From a virus, in the IMG/VR virus record IMGVR_UViG_3300032053_000047, positions 8,990-72,989 of that record: DNA of 64,000 nt. The stretch is one strand, 5' to 3'. Numbering within the stretch: the first letter of the stretch is position 1; each line of letters begins with the position of its first letter. The position numbers and the translations under genes are program-made. Below, piece by piece: positions 17,210-27,570 of the stretch. The notes under the pieces were generated by a model that saw nothing but the letters and a program-made list of their open reading frames with translations, searched no databases and had not been told where the DNA came from.

Positions 17210-20170
17210 ATGGCCTATGACGCAGGTGCGGTGGTCGGCCATTTACGGATGGACATGTCCGGGTGGACGCAGAACGTCGCCAAGGCACAATCCGATTCAA
17301 CGTCACTCAAAGCGACTATGAAAAGCCTTGGCGATAGTGTCCGTATGGCGTCCCTGGCATTCGGCGCAATTGGTGCAGCCATAACCTTGCCTCTCAAAAA
17401 GATGATCATGTTGGCGGGTGAAGATCAGCGGATATTTGCGCGCCTGCAACGGGCTGTTGAAAACGTCGGCGTGTCGTGGTCGAGTGCCGCTAAACGTGTT
17501 GATGAATTTACCATGGCGATAGAACGGCAGTCCGTTTATAGTCACGATGAAGCGGCCGCATCTTTAACGCGCCTAATCATTATGACGGGCGATCTTGAGT
17601 CCGCCATGGGCGGCGTGAAATTGGCGGCTGATTTTGCTTCAAGCGGATTAGTTGATTTTCAAACTGCCTCTAAATACGTCGGTATGGCGATGTCTGGCCA
17701 GATATCTAAGTTGGGAAGAATGCTACCCGACATGTCGGTTGCCAATGATGAAATATTGAAGACGATGACCGGAGTGCAGTTAGCAGTATATGGGATTGAT
17801 CTACTACAAAAGAAATTCAGAGGACTATCTGAAGCCGAACTACAAACATTACCTGGCCAATTAAAACAGTTGCATAACTATCTTGATCTCGTACAGGAAT
17901 CTATCGGCGAGACGATGATTCCGACTGTAACGGATTTTGTGAAACGCATGGGGGATGCTGCAACCGGACTTACGCGATTCATAAAAGCCAATAGTGAGGC
18001 GGTCGGGAAAGTGACTTTAGTCGCATCGGGCGTAGGCGTTGCTTCACTTGCTATCGCTGCCATGGGTGCTACATTGACGCTAGTAGTCCCTGGTATAGTT
18101 ATGGGGTTTCATGCAATAGCTATTGCAGCGGGCGTAGCGTGGGCGGCGATACTTGGTCCCATCGGCCTTATAGTTGCCGGACTCGCGGGAGTTGCTGTTG
18201 CTGCCTATGTATTACGGGCGGAATTCAAACAGAATCTATATGGAATGAAAGCGGAATTCCAGGGGCTTGTTAATTTCATCGGCAAGGGTCTTGAAAACAT
18301 GGTGGGCAATTTTGGCGGGTTCTTTCACGTTGTCGGCAAAGGATTTATTAACCTATTTAATTCCATAGTCGGCGGTTGGATGGGGATCAATGCTGTAATC
18401 AATAGTAGTATTAGGAATATGTTTGATCCTAGTGGTCTTAATAAAGCTCTTGATGCTGGTCTTGCCGCAGTACGGAAGGACTATTTTGGGCCTCTATTCA
18501 ATTTTATAACAGATGAATTCAAAGCGGAATGGATGAATTTGAAAGAGATTGGTGCGGCAACTGCCGCACAAATGATAGCAGACATTGCGGTGATACGCGG
18601 AAAGTTTCCCGGTCAGTCCGTGGGCGAACAGATGCAATCCTGGTTTCCTGTTATACCTGAACCCAAACCCGCGCCTGGCGCATCCGATGTCGAAAAGGGG
18701 GCCGCTGATGCTGCTAAAAAGGCACTGGAAGATCTTATCGATGCGGGCAAAGCCGCCTATTACGCAATAAACCCGGTTGAGGGCATCTTTGCCAAACTAC
18801 AAGAGGATCTACTCGGTATAAAAGCCGCCGGATTACTTACCGATGACACGCGCAGCCTGCTCGGGGTTGCCTTATGGGACCAGATCAAAGAACTCGCACC
18901 TGCGTCTATACAGGCCATCATAGACAAGATCGCCGCACTTGACCCTGCAATTGCAGCCGCTACGGAATCGGTCCGCCAACTCGCCATAGCGGGCGAAGCC
19001 ACGAAGATCCTCACCGAAGCCCAACCCGATCTCATGGCGTTCCAAAAGATCACTGGCGAACTTGAAACGCTCAAAACGGCGGGCCGCATGGGCGACGAGA
19101 CTATGAACATCATGTCCGCCCAGTACTGGCGCGAATGGGGCGGCATGGCTGATGCGGAATTGCAGCGGCTCATAGATCGGCTCGACGAAATGGGTGGGGC
19201 GGCGGCGGAAGTTGGCGAACAGTTACGGACCAATATGGCGTTAGAAAGCGTTGAAAAAAAAGCCGATCCAGAACTGGCAAAAATCAATAGAAAAATAAAA
19301 GCGTGGGAGGATTTGCGCGGAATGGTAGGCAGTCTGGCAGGCGAATTATCTACCTTGGGATCAAATATGGGTAGCACGGCACTCCAGGCAATCGGACAAA
19401 TTATTAGTGCTCTACTTACTATGATAATCACCTACTATATGATGATGGCGGCGGCTATTGCTGCGGGAACGGCGGCGGCGATGGCATGGATGGCAATACT
19501 AGGACCAATTTATCTTGTTGTTGCAGCGATAAACCTTGTTATCAGTCTTTTCATGATGTGCGGTAGTACAGCCAAAAAAGAAATCACCACCATTCAAAAA
19601 TTGATGAAGGGCCTGCAAGACGTAATGAATTCCGCCATAGACAGTTTTGCCGACGCCTGGGTGGATTTCCTCGAAACCGGCAAGTTCGAGTTCAAGGAAT
19701 TTGTAGACAGCGTTTTGAAAGATCTTGCCCGTATGATGGCCCGGCTGGCCATGCAGGAAATTATCGGCGGTGTCTTTGGTCTAAGTGCAAGTGTGTTCAG
19801 CGCCAAAGGCAATGTGTTCAAGGCGGGCAACATCGTGCCGTTCGCACGCGGCGGCGTAGTTCCCTACCCCACCATGTTCCCCATGCCGGCCAACAAACGC
19901 GGCATGATGGGCGAGGCGGGGCCGGAAGCGGTGTTCCCGCTTACACGGACACGCGGGGGCGATCTCGGTGTGCGGGGACAGGTTGCGCCGGTCAACATCG
20001 TGGTCAACGACATGCGCCGGGGCGGCGAGCCGGTCCAGGTATCCGAACAGACGGCCCGCGACGGCACACGGCAATTACAGATCACAATCCGCGACGCCAT
20101 TGAGAGCATTGCCGCTGAAGGCGGGTTAAAGCGCACACTCCGGCTGGCAGGCATACAGGGGGCCTACTAA
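17210..20170 (+). CDS. Tape measure protein
   Basis: 986 aa, Ala/Gly-rich helical; lambda-type C terminus FARGG...MGEAGPEAVFPL. Confidence 0.95.
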   Translation: MAYDAGAVVGHLRMDMSGWTQNVAKAQSDSTSLKATMKSLGDSVRMASLAFGAIGAAITLPLKKMIMLAGEDQRIFARLQRAVENVGVSWSSAAKRVDEFTMAIERQSVYSHDEAAASLTRLIIMTGDLESAMGGVKLAADFASSGLVDFQTASKYVGMAMSGQISKLGRMLPDMSVANDEILKTMTGVQLAVYGIDLLQKKFRGLSEAELQTLPGQLKQLHNYLDLVQESIGETMIPTVTDFVKRMGDAATGLTRFIKANSEAVGKVTLVASGVGVASLAIAAMGATLTLVVPGIVMGFHAIAIAAGVAWAAILGPIGLIVAGLAGVAVAAYVLRAEFKQNLYGMKAEFQGLVNFIGKGLENMVGNFGGFFHVVGKGFINLFNSIVGGWMGINAVINSSIRNMFDPSGLNKALDAGLAAVRKDYFGPLFNFITDEFKAEWMNLKEIGAATAAQMIADIAVIRGKFPGQSVGEQMQSWFPVIPEPKPAPGASDVEKGAADAAKKALEDLIDAGKAAYYAINPVEGIFAKLQEDLLGIKAAGLLTDDTRSLLGVALWDQIKELAPASIQAIIDKIAALDPAIAAATESVRQLAIAGEATKILTEAQPDLMAFQKITGELETLKTAGRMGDETMNIMSAQYWREWGGMADAELQRLIDRLDEMGGAAAEVGEQLRTNMALESVEKKADPELAKINRKIKAWEDLRGMVGSLAGELSTLGSNMGSTALQAIGQIISALLTMIITYYMMMAAAIAAGTAAAMAWMAILGPIYLVVAAINLVISLFMMCGSTAKKEITTIQKLMKGLQDVMNSAIDSFADAWVDFLETGKFEFKEFVDSVLKDLARMMARLAMQEIIGGVFGLSASVFSAKGNVFKAGNIVPFARGGVVPYPTMFPMPANKRGMMGEAGPEAVFPLTRTRGGDLGVRGQVAPVNIVVNDMRRGGEPVQVSEQTARDGTRQLQITIRDAIESIAAEGGLKRTLRLAGIQGAY

Positions 20171-20538
20171 TGAGCGCGGGATCATGGCCTAGCGGGTTGC
20201 CGCAACTGCCGTTAGTCGGGGTAGCTGAAGAACATCTTGCCAACTATATTGAATCGGATGTTGATGCCGGACCCCCGAAACGCAGGCGCAACACTACCAA
20301 ACGCCGCATAATCCAGACCGTATCGTTGGAATTTACCGGCGCGCAATACGCCATTTTCAAGACATTCTATCAGGACACGCTCGAAGACGGGGCGCTCACG
20401 TTCGATTGGACCGATGCGGTTGACGATACGGCTGTTGAATTCCGGTTTGCAGAACCCCCCCAGGTCGGACAATGGACACCCGCACCCGACCCGGATGACA
20501 GGTTCTATACACTCACCCTGAAACTGGAGGTTATGTAA
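20170..20538 (+). CDS. Distal tail protein (lambda gpM-like)
   Basis: WPSGLP, DAGPPKRRR, FYQDTLEDGALTFDWTD. Confidence 0.8.
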   Translation: MSAGSWPSGLPQLPLVGVAEEHLANYIESDVDAGPPKRRRNTTKRRIIQTVSLEFTGAQYAIFKTFYQDTLEDGALTFDWTDAVDDTAVEFRFAEPPQVGQWTPAPDPDDRFYTLTLKLEVM

Positions 20539-21030
20539 ATGCCCCGCGTGGTGTCGGCACAAGTCAAGGCGGCGGCAAACGCGCGGGAAACCGGCGTCAT
20601 CCTGTTACAGACGATTGATATAGTGCTTCCGGGCGGAACTACGCTCTATGTGGTCAACAATCCCGAAGACATTTCGGTCAACGCCCAGCCCTATACGCGC
20701 GCGGGGTTCCAGTTCGATATGCCGGAGGAAACCGAAGAAGGATTTTCAACGGCTCGGATGGCGGTAGACAACGTCGAACAATGGTTAACGCCCCACATCC
20801 GAAATCTGTTCGGACCCGTAACCGTAATAGTCCGGGTAGTCTCGCAATCCAACCTGGCGGCAAGTCCGCCCGAATTTGACAACGTAGAATTCCTATCGCG
20901 TCCGCTTCAACTAAAAAATGTGACCTATGATACGCGGACAATGCGCGGCGTCCTGTCATACAACGATACGGCTAAACAATCGTGGCCGCACGATGGGTTT
21001 ACGCCAAACCATTTTGCGGGGTTGTTCTAA
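20539..21030 (+). CDS. Tail tip protein (DUF1833/gpL-like)
   Basis: VNNPEDI, VDNV, FTPNHFAGLF. Confidence 0.8.
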   Translation: MPRVVSAQVKAAANARETGVILLQTIDIVLPGGTTLYVVNNPEDISVNAQPYTRAGFQFDMPEETEEGFSTARMAVDNVEQWLTPHIRNLFGPVTVIVRVVSQSNLAASPPEFDNVEFLSRPLQLKNVTYDTRTMRGVLSYNDTAKQSWPHDGFTPNHFAGLF

Positions 21031-21410
21031 TGGACTGGACCAAATACATCGGAATCCCTTTCTCCTGGCATGGCCGCGACTGGACTGGCGTGGATTGTTA
21101 CGGCATTCTATGTCTCGTATTTGAAGCGCGCGGCATTATCCTACCCGACTATGGGTATTTGGACGCCCCCAATCTTACGCCACTTTTTAGTGCGGGTCTC
21201 CACGAATCGTGTTGGCGGCGAGTCGATAAACCCACTACATTCGATGCCGTACTGTTTTCGATCAACGGCCAGCCGCTTCATTGCGGCGTTATGGTGGATG
21301 ACACGCGATTCCTGCACGCCCGCGCGGGCGTGAACAGTTGTATTCAGCGCGTAGACGGTATGGCGTGGCGCAACCGCGTACTGGGGTTCTACCGATATGT
21401 ACAGCCCTAG
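21030..21410 (+). CDS. NlpC/P60 tail assembly protein (gpK-like)
   Basis: YIGIPF..GRDWTGVDCYG, HCGV, FLHA. Confidence 0.9.
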   Translation: MDWTKYIGIPFSWHGRDWTGVDCYGILCLVFEARGIILPDYGYLDAPNLTPLFSAGLHESCWRRVDKPTTFDAVLFSINGQPLHCGVMVDDTRFLHARAGVNSCIQRVDGMAWRNRVLGFYRYVQP

Positions 21411-24400
21411 AACAATAGATAAAGTTATCATAACAGCGGGTTCACTATTTTTCCCCGGTATCCGCACCCGCATGGAAGCTGAACCCGGCGGTTCGATTCT
21501 GGATCTTATCAGGTTGGCGAAAATCCCGGAACGGTATCATTCATACCTAACCGTATGGCTTGATGAAATGCCTATCCCAGAAACGTTCTGGCCGCGTGTC
21601 AGACCGCGGGCGGGCCATATTCTGGCTATCGGCATGGCACCCGCGGGCGACCTCACTGGCGCGAACGGGAAAGACACCCTGCAACTGGCGATTCCCGTCA
21701 TGCTCCAATTTGGCGCAATGGCAGGCGCGCTCGCGTTGGGCGCTCCGGGGATTCTCGCTGGCGCAGCGAGTCTTGCGGGCGGCGGGATCGGGGTATGGAT
21801 TGCACAAAACCTGATTCATGTGCCGGAACCCTATACGAATCCGGGGTTCAGCACAATCGTTGGGGCACGCAACCAGGTCCGTAAATATGAATGTGTTCCC
21901 CGCGTTTACGGGCGTATCCGGTATGCGCCGCCGCTTGCAGCTATGGCAGATATGCCATTCGAGGGGGCGGATCAATATGCCAAACTATTATTGACGCCCG
22001 GACACGCGCCTTTGGCGATTAGTGCGATCCGTATTGGCGATATTCCAATTGTTGACGCTGAGGCTGTAAACATTCAGATTGAACGTGTATGTCACTGGCA
22101 CGACCAGGATACGATTACACTATTCAGCCGCGACGTTCATACTATTATGCTTGAAAAGCAACTCAATTATGCCGATAGTTGGATAAATACTGAAGATCGA
22201 TCCGGCGCAGAATCTCCACACCTAAACGTCGTCACTGCTGCAACGCAGGAAAAAACCACGGAAGTCACGATAGATTTCTTGTTTCCCGATGGATTATGGA
22301 AGGAAAATAACAAAGAGGTTGAATCGCGTACAGTTACGCTTGCCATTCGATACCGGCTCAGGGGTGCTACCGGGTCTAACTCTTGGATGTTATATTCAAC
22401 TAGAGAGTTGGTATCCCCAAAACCTAAATCCGCTTGGGTTGCCGATCCGTGGACCTATACAAGCCTTGCGACGTGCAACAGCGTGCTTACAACAGCCGAC
22501 GCCGCAATGACGCTTATTGATGTAGGATCTAGGACCGTTTCGATGACTGTATGGACGTATTTCTTGGCGAAACTATCCAGCGTTGATGCTCGACTAGCGG
22601 CGAACATTGCACAGGGTTTTCTTACATCTAATCAAGAAACAGAATCTATAACTGCCCGCGTCCTAATTGCCTCAATATCTGCAACACTCAACACGGCAAC
22701 AATTACAGCAGACATGACGGAATCCACCGCCTCTGATTTTAATGATGCGCTATCAGGTTTAACGTTTGTCCTCGATGCCATAGACTGCATAGAGCAAATG
22801 TTAGAGGCCCGCAACAATAACCTAGATTGGGATTCCCTTCCGGCATGTCACCGTCTTTGTATGTATGAATTGGGACTTACATTAGTGTGGCCACCGCGCC
22901 CATCTAATACAAGCGCGATTATCGTGACTGCGGCAAGCGCTGCGCCTTTGCCATACGCGGTTTCATGGTATGTTCCCGAAGGCCAGTATGATATTCAGGT
23001 CCGCAAGACTTCAGCGGATAACTATGGCGATCAAACCGTCCATGCAGTCATCGAGTTGTTTGCCTACCGGAGCACCTCGTTGGAAGCGGCTGTATCCGAG
23101 GCAATGAAACAAAAACTGGCATTCGTAGCCATGAAGATCAAGGCGACTGACGAGTGGAACAACCAGATCGACCAGATCACCATGCTGTGCGAGTCACCCT
23201 TGTACTGGCATGACGGATTAGTATGGCGCGGCCCGGATCTCCTAGATGACGCCGGATATGAAGTATCCCGCAATCCGGCGTGGCAGATGTGCGATATCCT
23301 GCGGGGCGGCGCGGCCAAAGAACCCATTACGGACGACGATGATCTCGATCTTGTGCGGATTCGGGAGTTTGCCAATTATTGCAACACGCACAAGTACACC
23401 TGCGATATCGTATTTGACAAACGGGTTAGCGCCGAAGAAGCGATGATGACCGTATGCCGGTGCGGGAAAGCCACCCCGAGTAAAACGGGTGAAGGCAAGT
23501 ATACTGTAATTATAGATCAACCTCAAACTACTCCCGTTGCCCTTATAACCCCGCGCGTGAGCAGCAATTTTGTTGCCACAAAAAATATGGAGGAACGCCC
23601 GCACGCACTCCGGGTGAAATTTCAAAATGCCAATAAAGATTATCAGGAAGATGAGGCATATGTTTATGCGGACGGATACGGGATAGAACACGGACTTGCC
23701 GAACCGACCGTCATAGAAGATGTTGAAATGCCCGGCGTTACCAGCCCCACGATGATCAAACATTTGGGCCGGTATTTCCTTGCTTGTTCCCAGTTGCGGC
23801 CCGAGATTTTTCAGGTTGACATAGATTTCAAAGCCATTGTATTCGAGCGCGGCGATCAGGTCCTGCTCCAGCATGATGTGCCGTTATTTGGCCGCGGGTC
23901 AGCCCGTATAACGGCGTTGGAAGTCATTGGGGCACGCACGTTCGTAACGCTCGACGAACACCCAACAGCATGGGCGTGGGGTGCGGGTGCGTCAAATGCG
24001 ATCCGTATTCAGACAGGAGGCAACCTGTTTGCCTATACGCCGTGTATTTACGATATTGAGGTTGATGCGGATCGGCTTTATGTTGATGAACCATACCCGA
24101 CTAACTGGGGAAGTATCGCAGTAGGCGATCTTATTGCAGTTGGCGCAATTGACCTGGAAACGGTTGAATGTATTGTGCGCGGGATTTCGCCCGGCCCGGA
24201 CCTGACATACCGCGTCACATTCCTCGATCATGCGCCCGAAGTCCATGACGCCGACGACGATATCCCGGAATACGATTCGCACATCACTTTACCGTATCAT
24301 CCCGAACTTGCACGGCCCCCACGCCCTGAAGTCATCGGGATTTCAACGGCTGATTCCGCAACGGTGCGGCAGACTGATGGAACCAAAGCAGCGCGTATCC

Positions 24401-25788
24401 TGCTATCGCTCCGGTTATCGCGTGGTGTAACGCCAATCGAACGGGTAGCGGCACAGAATGTTACGGGCGTCGAAGTCCAGTATCAGCGCATTAGTAGTTC
24501 CGGGTCCACTAATGACCCCTGGCAGGTTATGCCGGTATTCACCCGCGATCTCAGTAACGTCTATGTGGACCCGATAGAGAAAGGGAAACCGTACAACATC
24601 CGGGTGCGCAGCGTCACCCGCACGGGCGTACCATCGGAATGGTTTTTACTCCTAAACATAATCGCGCTCGGCAAACAGGCGCGCCCGCCGGATGTTACTA
24701 GCTTGAAATATGAAAACGGCGTGTTGACATGGAACACTTTTATCTCGCCGGACTTCGCCGGGTTTGAAGTGCGAATGGTTATTGGCAACGGAAACACCTG
24801 GGGTACTGCGGCCACGGCGCACAGCGGACTCCTCTATGCGGCCCGGTTTGAATGTCCAAAGATTGACCGCGTACAAGTGGAGTATTTTGTCAAAGCGTTT
24901 GATACATCCGGCAATGAATCGCATCGTGCCGCCTATCTGGCTATCACAATTCCGGCGTCGAAAGAAATGTATGATCTGGGCGGCTATGCTGACTGCCTAT
25001 TATTCTCCACTCTTAATGGAATGGAGGCATATTTTACGGGGGATGGGGGCGTCCGTGCAGTCTCCGGTCGGTCTACGCGCTTCTATGACGGTTCCGGCGA
25101 ACCGCTCTACCGCGCCGCAGGCACGCCTTTTTATGGAACTCTTTATGGTGCCTGTTCACTCATCACGCCTATCTTAGATGCCTATACTGATGCCACAGAA
25201 GAAAGCAATGCCAATGTGACCCATGATAACACGGAGTTTATCTGGTTCCGGTTGACTCAGACCAGTGATAAATGGCGCTTGCTTTATCGGAATACGGCTA
25301 AAGATCTTTGGCCGGCAGATCTCGATAATAATCTTTGGCCCGATGATATGAATGCCGATTTTTGGCCGGACCATTCGGCGAATTTCGAGGTTTTAATGGA
25401 AAAACCGCGGACGCCGCTTCATCCCGATGCCAGTACATACGGGCATCAATTCAAATTTGAGTTTCCGCCGTGTGATACGCGGCCTGACATGACTAGTCTG
25501 CGAATAGTACGCGAGTTCCGCCGTCTTGAAGAAAGCGGACAAGGCCTTGCTGTGGCAGATAGTGGGAACGTATATATTCCGATAAAACTACCTTGGCAAT
25601 ATTGTGATGAACATACTGTTGCATTAAGCAACGATCCTGACCAGAACGTTAACGCCGTAGGCGCATTAGCCCTTACGGCGACGCCCAATAGCGATACCGA
25701 AGGCCCGAAAGTTGTTGTTTACGGCGCAGGCGGATATCCGGCAGATCGTGTTGAAGGTATTATTGATTTTCACCTTGTGGGGTTTTAA
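21397..25788 (+). CDS. Central tail tip/host specificity protein (gpI-like N terminus fused to gpJ-like body)
   Basis: 1463 aa; PRVYGR, SRNPAW, FNIII-like YNIRVRSV and YFVKAFDTSGNES. Confidence 0.88.
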   Translation: MYSPRTIDKVIITAGSLFFPGIRTRMEAEPGGSILDLIRLAKIPERYHSYLTVWLDEMPIPETFWPRVRPRAGHILAIGMAPAGDLTGANGKDTLQLAIPVMLQFGAMAGALALGAPGILAGAASLAGGGIGVWIAQNLIHVPEPYTNPGFSTIVGARNQVRKYECVPRVYGRIRYAPPLAAMADMPFEGADQYAKLLLTPGHAPLAISAIRIGDIPIVDAEAVNIQIERVCHWHDQDTITLFSRDVHTIMLEKQLNYADSWINTEDRSGAESPHLNVVTAATQEKTTEVTIDFLFPDGLWKENNKEVESRTVTLAIRYRLRGATGSNSWMLYSTRELVSPKPKSAWVADPWTYTSLATCNSVLTTADAAMTLIDVGSRTVSMTVWTYFLAKLSSVDARLAANIAQGFLTSNQETESITARVLIASISATLNTATITADMTESTASDFNDALSGLTFVLDAIDCIEQMLEARNNNLDWDSLPACHRLCMYELGLTLVWPPRPSNTSAIIVTAASAAPLPYAVSWYVPEGQYDIQVRKTSADNYGDQTVHAVIELFAYRSTSLEAAVSEAMKQKLAFVAMKIKATDEWNNQIDQITMLCESPLYWHDGLVWRGPDLLDDAGYEVSRNPAWQMCDILRGGAAKEPITDDDDLDLVRIREFANYCNTHKYTCDIVFDKRVSAEEAMMTVCRCGKATPSKTGEGKYTVIIDQPQTTPVALITPRVSSNFVATKNMEERPHALRVKFQNANKDYQEDEAYVYADGYGIEHGLAEPTVIEDVEMPGVTSPTMIKHLGRYFLACSQLRPEIFQVDIDFKAIVFERGDQVLLQHDVPLFGRGSARITALEVIGARTFVTLDEHPTAWAWGAGASNAIRIQTGGNLFAYTPCIYDIEVDADRLYVDEPYPTNWGSIAVGDLIAVGAIDLETVECIVRGISPGPDLTYRVTFLDHAPEVHDADDDIPEYDSHITLPYHPELARPPRPEVIGISTADSATVRQTDGTKAARILLSLRLSRGVTPIERVAAQNVTGVEVQYQRISSSGSTNDPWQVMPVFTRDLSNVYVDPIEKGKPYNIRVRSVTRTGVPSEWFLLLNIIALGKQARPPDVTSLKYENGVLTWNTFISPDFAGFEVRMVIGNGNTWGTAATAHSGLLYAARFECPKIDRVQVEYFVKAFDTSGNESHRAAYLAITIPASKEMYDLGGYADCLLFSTLNGMEAYFTGDGGVRAVSGRSTRFYDGSGEPLYRAAGTPFYGTLYGACSLITPILDAYTDATEESNANVTHDNTEFIWFRLTQTSDKWRLLYRNTAKDLWPADLDNNLWPDDMNADFWPDHSANFEVLMEKPRTPLHPDASTYGHQFKFEFPPCDTRPDMTSLRIVREFRRLEESGQGLAVADSGNVYIPIKLPWQYCDEHTVALSNDPDQNVNAVGALALTATPNSDTEGPKVVVYGAGGYPADRVEGIIDFHLVGF

Positions 25789-25790
25789 CC

Positions 25791-26684
25791 ATGGCCTTTC
25801 CAGCAGCAGGTACGTTTGAAGTCCCGGCAACGCCCGCCGATTTTATAGCAGACGATTTTGAGATAGCGCAAGAGGCGTTTTTGGCCGCGACTAAACAACT
25901 CATTGGCGCGGCGACACGAACAGAACTAACGTTATCCGCCGGAATCATTGTGCCGACAATCGGTTCGCACACCGTCGATACCGAAGCGGGCGCGGCAACC
26001 GATGATCTGACAAACATCCAATATACCAATTTTGAAGACGGAGCCGCAATAGTCCTTTGGCCGGAAAATGCCGCGCGTGTTGTAACCCTAAAACACCTGG
26101 CGGGCGGCGTTGGTCAAATCAGCGTCTTAACGGAAGTGGATTTAGAGTTAACTATCCCGGTAGTTCTACAACGCCATGGCTCAGTCTGGTACGAGATGTT
26201 TCACGGGGAAGGCGTTGGCGTGCATATTGCAATACTCGCAACCATCGCAACACTTGGCCGCTGGCTAATCCGGGCGGCAGGCGGTTCAATCACGGACGAC
26301 TATACTGGCGGGTACGCGGGCGGCACGAGCGGTTATAACGCCATGTTGGTGACGCAAACGGCCCCCGCATCGATGAAAGTCGCGGTTGCCGCCGGACTCT
26401 TTGCGATTGACAATGTTCCCTATACGTTTATTGCCGCCGGCGATAGCGCCGTAATGACCGCGCCAAATGCTCAGCCGCGGATAGATAAAATCTGTTTGGA
26501 TACCGACGAGACGATTCAAGTAACGACCGGCGCTGAAGCCGGTTCGCCAGTTACTCCCGCAACCCCGGTAGGACAGTTTGCACTCGCCACGATCTATCAC
26601 CGCGTTGGCGAAACCAGTATCAAGACAGTTGATGATACCGTGAACGGCTATGTCTATACCGACGAACGACATTTCTTCAATTAA
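25791..26684 (+). CDS. Tail accessory/fibre protein
   Basis: PRIDKI...PVTPA...LATIYHRVGE domain. Confidence 0.6.
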   Translation: MAFPAAGTFEVPATPADFIADDFEIAQEAFLAATKQLIGAATRTELTLSAGIIVPTIGSHTVDTEAGAATDDLTNIQYTNFEDGAAIVLWPENAARVVTLKHLAGGVGQISVLTEVDLELTIPVVLQRHGSVWYEMFHGEGVGVHIAILATIATLGRWLIRAAGGSITDDYTGGYAGGTSGYNAMLVTQTAPASMKVAVAAGLFAIDNVPYTFIAAGDSAVMTAPNAQPRIDKICLDTDETIQVTTGAEAGSPVTPATPVGQFALATIYHRVGETSIKTVDDTVNGYVYTDERHFFN

Positions 26685-26697
26685 AGGAGCGTGACCC

Positions 26698-27498
26698 GTG
26701 GCATATGAATTCCCTGGACCTAACCCCATGGCGGAAGTGATCCCCAGCCGGAAAGCTCAAGACTTTTTTGACTGGCTGGAAGACAACGTGGGAGTCGCAT
26801 TTGTGGATGTGCAACAAGCCGTGTTTTGGATGATCTCCAACGCCATTGCGGGTACTGGCGATTGGTATTTCCGTTCTGATGGCGGCTCCAACGTTTTAGC
26901 GACAACCCCAACTTCAATGCAGGTGACGTTGAAAGCCGGGTTTGGTTTTTTGAACGGCGTACCGTTATACATAGCCGCTGATATTACGAGCGACGTGTTT
27001 GTCGCACCGAATTCTGATCCCCGGATCGACGTACTGGCAATTGACGCCGATACCCGCCTCATTGTAATTTTCGAGGGCGCAGAAGATCCGGCTCCAGTAG
27101 CGCCAGCCGTTACGGGCAATTGCGTTGGGGTTGCGGAAATCTATCATAGGGTCGGTGAAACTACCATTAAACAACTTGATGATAGCGTGAACGGATACAT
27201 TACGAATCTCTATATGTCCATACAGGCATTCACGGACGCTGACGCTACCCCGTCGGTGCTAGCCGCAAAACTCATTAGTACCCCGACAACAGTTGCGGCT
27301 CCCTACAACATAACCATGTTCCATGACGGCTACAGAGGCCAGGAGATTACGCTGATTGGCTATAATCCCGATTGCACGGTAAAACAGGGAAGCAACCTGA
27401 AAATCAATGGTGATTGGACCGCCACGGCATATTGCACGTTACGGCTCCTATTCGGCGGGACGAACTGGTTTGAAATCTCGCGGTCCCCAAATGCCTAA
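26698..27498 (+). CDS. Tail accessory/fibre protein
   Basis: Shares the PRID...IYHRVGE domain with the upstream gene and its C-terminal domain with the downstream gene. Confidence 0.6.
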   Translation: MAYEFPGPNPMAEVIPSRKAQDFFDWLEDNVGVAFVDVQQAVFWMISNAIAGTGDWYFRSDGGSNVLATTPTSMQVTLKAGFGFLNGVPLYIAADITSDVFVAPNSDPRIDVLAIDADTRLIVIFEGAEDPAPVAPAVTGNCVGVAEIYHRVGETTIKQLDDSVNGYITNLYMSIQAFTDADATPSVLAAKLISTPTTVAAPYNITMFHDGYRGQEITLIGYNPDCTVKQGSNLKINGDWTATAYCTLRLLFGGTNWFEISRSPNA

Positions 27499-27570
27499 AC
27501 GGTTATTGTGTTATTGTATTTTCCCGGTACAATTCGCCACCATGTAACTAATAGATAAAGGATCGATTCA

